Position numbers and translations under genes: made by a program
Notes under the pieces: model-generated
What the model was told of the DNA's origin: nothing
Seen by the model: the letters and a program-made list of their open reading frames with translations, nothing else
The model's database searches: none
Part shown: positions 54,348 to 59,931 of the stretch, piece by piece
Position numbering within the stretch: position 1 is the first letter of the stretch
Layout of the letters: every line of letters starts with the position of its first letter
Assembly (NCBI GenBank): GCA_031376265.1
Contig: JANMDK010000020.1
Span: 1 to 59,931 of the forward strand
Direction: 5' to 3'
DNA: 59,931 nt
Source of the DNA: Pseudomonadota bacterium
GTDB lineage: Bacteria > Pseudomonadota > Gammaproteobacteria > Burkholderiales > SG8-39

Positions 54348-55970
54348 ATGAACACCACGCCCTATCCCGCCGACCTCGTGCGCGAGGTCTCGCGCCGCCG
54401 TACCTTTGCGATCGTCTCGCACCCGGACGCCGGCAAGACCACGCTGACCGAGAAGCTGCTGCTCTTCGGCGGTGCGATCCAGATGGCCGGCACCGTCAAG
54501 GCAAGGAAGAGCTCGCGCCATGCGACCTCGGACTGGATGGAGATCGAGAAGCAGCGCGGCATCTCGGTGACGAGCTCGGTGATGCAGTTCGACTACGCCG
54601 GGCACACGATCAACCTGCTCGACACGCCGGGCCACGAGGATTTCTCGGAAGATACTTACCGCGTGCTGACAGCGGTCGATGCCGCGGTCATGGTCATCGA
54701 CGCGGCCAAGGGCGTGGAAGCCCAGACGATCAAGCTGCTGGAGGTCTGCCGGCTCAGGAACACGCCGATCATCACCTTCGTCAACAAGATGGACCGCGAG
54801 GTGAGGGAACCCTTTGAACTGCTCGAAGAGATCGAGTCGGTGCTCAAGATCGATTGCGCGCCGATTACCTGGCCGCTCGGCATGGGCAAGGTGTTTCGCG
54901 GGGTGTTCCACCTGCTGCAGAACCGGCTGCTGCGCTTTACGCCCGGAGAAGAAAAGCGCGGCGGCGAGACCGAGACCATCGACGGCATCGGCAATCCGCG
55001 GCTGGACGAGCTGTTCCCCGGCGAGGTCGAGCAGCTGCGTCACGACGTGGACCTGCTGCAGGGAGCCAGCGTGCCTTTCGATCTCGAGAGGTTCCTCGCG
55101 GGCACCCAGACGCCGGTGTTCTTCGGCTCGGGCATCAACAACTTCGGCGTGCAGGAGATCCTGCAGGCGCTGGTCGAATGGGCGCCGCCGCCGCAACCGC
55201 GCGACGCGGGTGTGCGCATGGTTCACCCGGCGGAGCCCGCCTTCAGCGGGTTCGTCTTCAAGATCCAGGCCAACATGGATCCGCGACATCGCGACCGCAT
55301 CGCGTTCTTTCGCGTCTGCTCAGGCCGCTACAAGCCGGGCATCAAGGTGCAGCATCCGCGCGCCGGGCGCGACATGAAGCTCGCCAACGCGCTCACCTTC
55401 ATGGCCAACGAGCGGGTGGCAAGCGAGGACGCGGTGGCCGGCGACATCATCGGCATCCACAACCACGGCCAGCTGCAGATCGGCGACACGCTGACCGAAT
55501 CGACGACCGAGATCCTCAACTTCAAGGGCATCCCTTACTTCGCCCCGGAGTTGTTCCGCTTTGCGCGGCCGCGCGACCCGTTCAAGGCCAAGCCGTTGCA
55601 GAAGGGGTTGCAGGAACTGGGCGAGGAGGGCGCGATCCAGGTGCTCGAGACGGCGACCGGCAACACGCTGCTCGGCGCCGTCGGCCCGCTGCAGTTCGAA
55701 GTCGTCGCCGCGCGCCTCGCGTCCGAGTACAAGGTCGACGCGGTCTACGACCCGGCCGAGATCCACACTGCGCTATGGCTGACTTTTCCCGACGAGACGA
55801 TGCGCAAGAACTTCGAGCGCGACCAGGCGGTGCGCCTGGCCAAGGACATCGACGGCAACCCGGTATTCCTCGCGCCGAACCGGCCGGTGCTGCAGGTCAC
55901 GCAGGAGCGCTGGCCGAAGGTGGGTTTCCATGCCGTGCGCGAGCACGGCGAGCGGATGGCGCAGGGGTAA
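54348..55970 (+). CDS. prfC: Peptide chain release factor 3
   Basis: [49 protein letters not shown]. Confidence 0.97.
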   Translation: MNTTPYPADLVREVSRRRTFAIVSHPDAGKTTLTEKLLLFGGAIQMAGTVKARKSSRHATSDWMEIEKQRGISVTSSVMQFDYAGHTINLLDTPGHEDFSEDTYRVLTAVDAAVMVIDAAKGVEAQTIKLLEVCRLRNTPIITFVNKMDREVREPFELLEEIESVLKIDCAPITWPLGMGKVFRGVFHLLQNRLLRFTPGEEKRGGETETIDGIGNPRLDELFPGEVEQLRHDVDLLQGASVPFDLERFLAGTQTPVFFGSGINNFGVQEILQALVEWAPPPQPRDAGVRMVHPAEPAFSGFVFKIQANMDPRHRDRIAFFRVCSGRYKPGIKVQHPRAGRDMKLANALTFMANERVASEDAVAGDIIGIHNHGQLQIGDTLTESTTEILNFKGIPYFAPELFRFARPRDPFKAKPLQKGLQELGEEGAIQVLETATGNTLLGAVGPLQFEVVAARLASEYKVDAVYDPAEIHTALWLTFPDETMRKNFERDQAVRLAKDIDGNPVFLAPNRPVLQVTQERWPKVGFHAVREHGERMAQG

Positions 55971-56028
55971 GAAGATAAAGGGAGGGAAGCGTCCAATTGG
56001 CTGAATTATTGCCGCTTTTCGACGGTGT

Positions 56029-56096
56029 ACTTTTATTTGGCGCATTGCAGGAATGCGCCAAATAAAGTGGCGCATTCCCTTTTTATTTGGCGCATT
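56029..56096. repeat. Cluster of direct and inverted TTTATTTGGCGCATT repeats
   Basis: Direct copies at 56032 and 56082, inverted copy at 56052-56066, partial TGGCGCATT at 56068. Confidence 0.85.
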
Positions 56097-56161
56097 ACTA
56101 TCAGCACTCTCATGACAGCTCCTGCCGGTTGCAATGCTTCAAGCTAGACCGAGGTGACGAA

Positions 56162-57361
56162 ATGAATGCGGTATTGAAGAAACTCATTCTCAAACGCTTT
56201 CGAAGCATCCCGAGTGGGACCATCGATTTCGAAAACCCGACGTTCCTGGTCGGCCGCAACGGGTCCGGAAAGAGCAATCTCGTGGATGCCTTTGCATTTC
56301 TGGCGGAGTTGATGGTGTCGCCGTTGCAGGCCGTCTTCGACCGTCGTGGCGGAATCACGTCGGTGAGGAACCGGACCTCCGGGCGGAGTTACCCGCCCAA
56401 CCTGGGGCTTTGCGCCATATTCGGCCCGATCAACGGTGCCGTCACCGGGGGGCGCTATGCCTTCGAAGTGCGCGCGTTGCCTAACTACGGGTTCGATGTC
56501 GTTCGAGAGCAGTGCATCGTCAACCTGGAGGACGGCAGCCGGCACTGGTTCGACCGGACCCGGAGCCGTTTTCGCTCCAATGTGCGCGGCATGGACCCCG
56601 CATCCGAACCTTCCGCCCTGGTGCTGCCGGTCATCGGCGGGGATGTGAGATTCGCTTCCGTGGTGCGGGCCCTGAGCGGAATCAGGACCTACTCGATCGA
56701 GCCGGGCAGACTGAGGCAAATGCAGGATCCGGACAGCGGTACCAGCCTGAAACCGGACGGCAGCAACGCGGCGAGTGTGTTGCAGGAGATCGAACGTCAA
56801 GCTCCCGAGGAGATCGAGCGCATATGCGACCTGCTCGCATCGGTTGTGCCGAACACCAGGCGGGTCAAGCCCATCAAGCATGGCAACAAGCTATCGCTGG
56901 AGTTCACCCAGGAATGGGGGCAAAAAAAGCGGCTCAAATTCGAGGCGTTCAATATGTCAGATGGGACGCTGCGAGCGCTGGGTCTGCTGGTCGCGGTGTT
57001 CCAGCGGCCGACACCGACGCTCCTGGCGTTGGAGGAGCCCGAAGCGACGATCCATCCCGGCGCGGTCGGTGCAATTCTGGATCTCCTGCTGAACGCTTCA
57101 GAGCGCATGCAGGTCGTGGTGACGACCCATAGCCCGGAAGTACTCGACGCGAAATGGCTTGAGGCGCGCAATATCCGCATCGTCGAGTGGACCGATGGTG
57201 CGTCCAGGATTGCGCCGATCGCGGAAGCTTCGCGCCGCGCACTCCACGATCACCTGATGGGCGCCGGCGAACTGTTGCGCTCCAACGCTCTCGATGCCGA
57301 ACCGCTGTTCGATGATCCCAATGCTGTCGCACAGGGCGAACTCTTCGAGACTCTCACATGA
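56162..57361 (+). CDS. ABC/AAA_21-type ATPase
   Basis: GRNGSGKSN Walker A, MSDGT signature, LEEPE Walker B, TTHSP. Confidence 0.9.
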   Translation: MNAVLKKLILKRFRSIPSGTIDFENPTFLVGRNGSGKSNLVDAFAFLAELMVSPLQAVFDRRGGITSVRNRTSGRSYPPNLGLCAIFGPINGAVTGGRYAFEVRALPNYGFDVVREQCIVNLEDGSRHWFDRTRSRFRSNVRGMDPASEPSALVLPVIGGDVRFASVVRALSGIRTYSIEPGRLRQMQDPDSGTSLKPDGSNAASVLQEIERQAPEEIERICDLLASVVPNTRRVKPIKHGNKLSLEFTQEWGQKKRLKFEAFNMSDGTLRALGLLVAVFQRPTPTLLALEEPEATIHPGAVGAILDLLLNASERMQVVVTTHSPEVLDAKWLEARNIRIVEWTDGASRIAPIAEASRRALHDHLMGAGELLRSNALDAEPLFDDPNAVAQGELFETLT

Positions 57362-57981
57362 TCATTCAGCCGATCGTGGAAGGACATGGGGAAGTAGGTG
57401 CGATTCCAGTTCTACTGCGGCGTTTTCTCGCGGAGGCCGGCGTCCATGATATTGGTGTGGGGAAACCAATCCGCCGCAAGCGCTCCGAACTGGTTCAGCA
57501 AGCGTCTGTTCAACGCTCTGTTCGCTTGGCACTTCTTCAGCCCGAGTGCGGCGGCATTCTGATCGTCTTCGACAGTGATGACGACTGCCCGAGGGATCTC
57601 GCGCCCCAAGTCGAAACATGGGCAAGGACGGAGGCTGGCGCCGTTCCGTGTGGGGTGGTGATGGCGAACCGCGAGTACGAAGCGTGGTTCCTAGCCTCAC
57701 TGGAGGCACTCCGAGGCGTTCGTGGAATCGTTGCCGACGCATCCTCGCACTCCGCCCCGGAGGTACCCCGCAACGCCAAGGGCGAACTTCGTAGACACAT
57801 GCTCGCCGGAAGGGGTTACTCGGAAAGTGTTGACCAGGCGGCCATGACCGCGCGGTTAGATTTCGGCGCGGCTTATCGCGGCTGCAGAAGCTTCCGGAAG
57901 ATGGTGAAGGCGTTCGGCGATGTCGTGGGCACCATGGGAGTGAAGCTGGCACCGTGGCCACCGGGAGTTTGGAACGCATAA
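57358..57981 (+). CDS. DUF4276-like (TOPRIM-like) protein
   Basis: IVEGHGE, FDSDDDC, EYEAWFL, SFRK; ATGA-coupled to the ATPase. Confidence 0.75.
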   Translation: MIIQPIVEGHGEVGAIPVLLRRFLAEAGVHDIGVGKPIRRKRSELVQQASVQRSVRLALLQPECGGILIVFDSDDDCPRDLAPQVETWARTEAGAVPCGVVMANREYEAWFLASLEALRGVRGIVADASSHSAPEVPRNAKGELRRHMLAGRGYSESVDQAAMTARLDFGAAYRGCRSFRKMVKAFGDVVGTMGVKLAPWPPGVWNA

Positions 57982-58060
57982 CGGGTCAGGGCCGGCGCCG
58001 CTCGCGGTGATGTCCATCTTTTCAGATGCGCAGTTGTTTGCAACAACGTAGAAGCGGGCC

Positions 58061-59931
58061 ATGAACGTTTTCCACACACATTCGCGGATCGTTGACGACT
58101 ATGCGACATATATTCGCAGCTTTCTCAACATCGCCGATCCGGCAATTCGCGCTGTCGTTGAAGGGGAGTTGAAAAAAGGAAAGCTTTGGCCCGAGCCGCT
58201 CCTCCAGTTCAATCCTGCGTTCGAGATGGCAGGCAGCGTGGCGGACCTCTCTCGCGACGGCACCTTGCACCATGACATCGCTGACATCTTCAAAGGGTTT
58301 TCACTCTATCGGCACCAGGTAGAAGCGATCGCGCTGGGTACCGCCGGCAAGGATTTCATTGTCACATCCGGAACGGGGTCGGGAAAATCGCTCACCTACA
58401 TAGGCTCGATCTTCCACCACCTACTCTGCAATCCCAGCTCACCGGGGGTGACAGCGGTCGTGGTCTATCCGATGAACGCGCTGATCAACTCGCAGTCGGA
58501 GGAATTCAATCGCTATAAGAACAACTACGAAGCGGGCACTAGGGAATTTCCGATTACCTTCGGTCAATACACCGGCCAAGAGAAGGAGGACGCGCGCCAA
58601 CGCATGCGCGATAAGCCGCCCCAGGTCCTGCTGACCAATTACATGATGCTCGAGTTGCTCCTGACCCGGATTCGGGAGCGGTCCATTCGCGACGCCATAT
58701 TCGAGAACCTGCGCTTTCTCGTCTTCGACGAGCTTCACACTTATCGTGGTCGCCAAGGGGCGGATGTAGCGATGTTGATCCGTCGCATTCGGTCGCGCTG
58801 CACCCATGACGTGACCTGCATCGGGACGTCCGCGACCATGGTTTCGGTCGGCAGCGCGGCCTCGCGACGGGGAGAAGTTGCGGGGGTTGCGACGAGGCTC
58901 TTCGGTAAGCCGTTTTCTCCGGAACAGGTGATTAACGAGACGTTGGACCGGTCACTCTCGTTTTCCGGGGCAATGCCAACCAAGCAGGCACTTGCGGCTG
59001 CCATTCAAACGGGCATCGATCCGGAAACATCAACCGAAAAACTAAAGACCCATCCGGTTGCCGTATGGCTGGAAAACCGCGTTGCTTTAGAAATTCGTGA
59101 CGGTGCACTGGCTCGCCGCAATCCCCAGATGATCGGCGAAATCGTAGCGGCGCTCGCCGAGGCTTCTGGATTGGCGGAACCGGCTTGTCGGTACTTTCTG
59201 ACGGAACTCCTCCAGTGGATCAGCACCGTCAACAAGCGGCTTCAGGATGAAGGACAGCGCTACACCATATTGCCGTTCAAGCTGCACCAGTTCATCTCCC
59301 AAACGGGTTCGGTCTACACCACGCTCGACCAAGACGAGAACCGGTTCATCACGCTGGAGCCAGGTGTCTTCAAACACGACGAAGACGACAAGAAGCCGAT
59401 CTTCCCCAATGTGTTCAGCCGCGCGACCGGGCACGCATTCATCTGCGTATCCCGTAACGGTAATCGATTGGAACCGCGCGAATTCCGGGAGGGTTCCGAT
59501 GAAGACGATGAGGCCACAGATGGCTACCTCCTCATAGGCGAGGACGTCTGGGATCCTGCCGAGGACATGGAGTTTCTGCCGCCTTCCTGGTTCCGCATGA
59601 CCAAAGGCGGACCGGTTCCGCAATCAAAGCAAAAGGCCTCGTTTCCAACCAAGATTTACTTTGACGAATTCGGAAATTGCTCGGAATCAGAGTCGTTGAA
59701 GTGGTGGGGCTGGTTCATGAAGACACCGCTGCTCTTCGACCCAACCGGCGGAGTCTTCTTCGATACGAAGACAAACGAAGGAACAAAACTAACGAAGCTG
59801 GGAAGCGAGGGGCGCAGCACCTCGACGACCATCACAGCGTTCTCGATCCTCAACCGGTTGAATGACGCGGGCTACCATGCCCGAGATCAGAAGCTGCTGA
59901 GCTTCACCGATAACCGCCAGGATGCCGCGCT
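58061..59931 (+). CDS. Large DEAD/DEAH-box (SF2) helicase, 3' truncated by window end (absent from the supplied ORF track)
   Basis: Read from ATG 58061: LYRHQ, TSGTGSGKS, YPMNALINSQ, LTNYMMLE, DELHTYRG, GTSAT; ends LLSFTDNRQDAA at the edge. Confidence 0.9.
   Translation, partial: MNVFHTHSRIVDDYATYIRSFLNIADPAIRAVVEGELKKGKLWPEPLLQFNPAFEMAGSVADLSRDGTLHHDIADIFKGFSLYRHQVEAIALGTAGKDFIVTSGTGSGKSLTYIGSIFHHLLCNPSSPGVTAVVVYPMNALINSQSEEFNRYKNNYEAGTREFPITFGQYTGQEKEDARQRMRDKPPQVLLTNYMMLELLLTRIRERSIRDAIFENLRFLVFDELHTYRGRQGADVAMLIRRIRSRCTHDVTCIGTSATMVSVGSAASRRGEVAGVATRLFGKPFSPEQVINETLDRSLSFSGAMPTKQALAAAIQTGIDPETSTEKLKTHPVAVWLENRVALEIRDGALARRNPQMIGEIVAALAEASGLAEPACRYFLTELLQWISTVNKRLQDEGQRYTILPFKLHQFISQTGSVYTTLDQDENRFITLEPGVFKHDEDDKKPIFPNVFSRATGHAFICVSRNGNRLEPREFREGSDEDDEATDGYLLIGEDVWDPAEDMEFLPPSWFRMTKGGPVPQSKQKASFPTKIYFDEFGNCSESESLKWWGWFMKTPLLFDPTGGVFFDTKTNEGTKLTKLGSEGRSTSTTITAFSILNRLNDAGYHARDQKLLSFTDNRQDAA

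Overview
A high-GC chromosomal segment. Three Bug/TctC-family binding proteins and the overall gene content suggest a betaproteobacterium (inference). From left to right it holds: an acid-sugar catabolic operon (GntR, beta-decarboxylating dehydrogenase, Gfo/Idh/MocA oxidoreductase, otnK, otnC, ABM protein); nadE; tarD; four toxin-antitoxin-type modules (RES-Xre, an MNT with a broken HEPN partner, an AbiEii-type pair, VapBC); a signalling/cell-surface island at ~15.7-29.1 kb; housekeeping and glutathione-related genes (chaC-like, ppc, two GSTs, ggt, metY-like, prfC); and the start of a probable defence island after prfC (ABC-type ATPase, TOPRIM-like protein, large SF2 helicase running off the window). 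The island contains two stand-alone receivers, a two-partner secretion pair, four paralogous Crp/Fnr regulators, a PAS hybrid kinase with a REC-PAS partner, an OsmB-like lipoprotein, a glycine-rich secreted protein and an L,D-transpeptidase-like protein. Three signals stand out. (i) A recurring palindrome TGTTCG-N4-CGAACA lies 21-22 nt upstream of an NAnnnT -10-like hexamer in front of eight transcription units, suggesting a regulon for an uncharacterised Crp clade. (ii) Two unrelated exported proteins share a Pro-rich C-terminal tail PYVxP...(R/K)RDRN and lie in the same island as the L,D-transpeptidase. (iii) A gap-free 64-bp boxed direct repeat flanks a 2.7-kb cassette. No rRNA, tRNA, CRISPR array, transposase or integrase was recognised. 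All family calls come from motif recognition by eye, not database searches.
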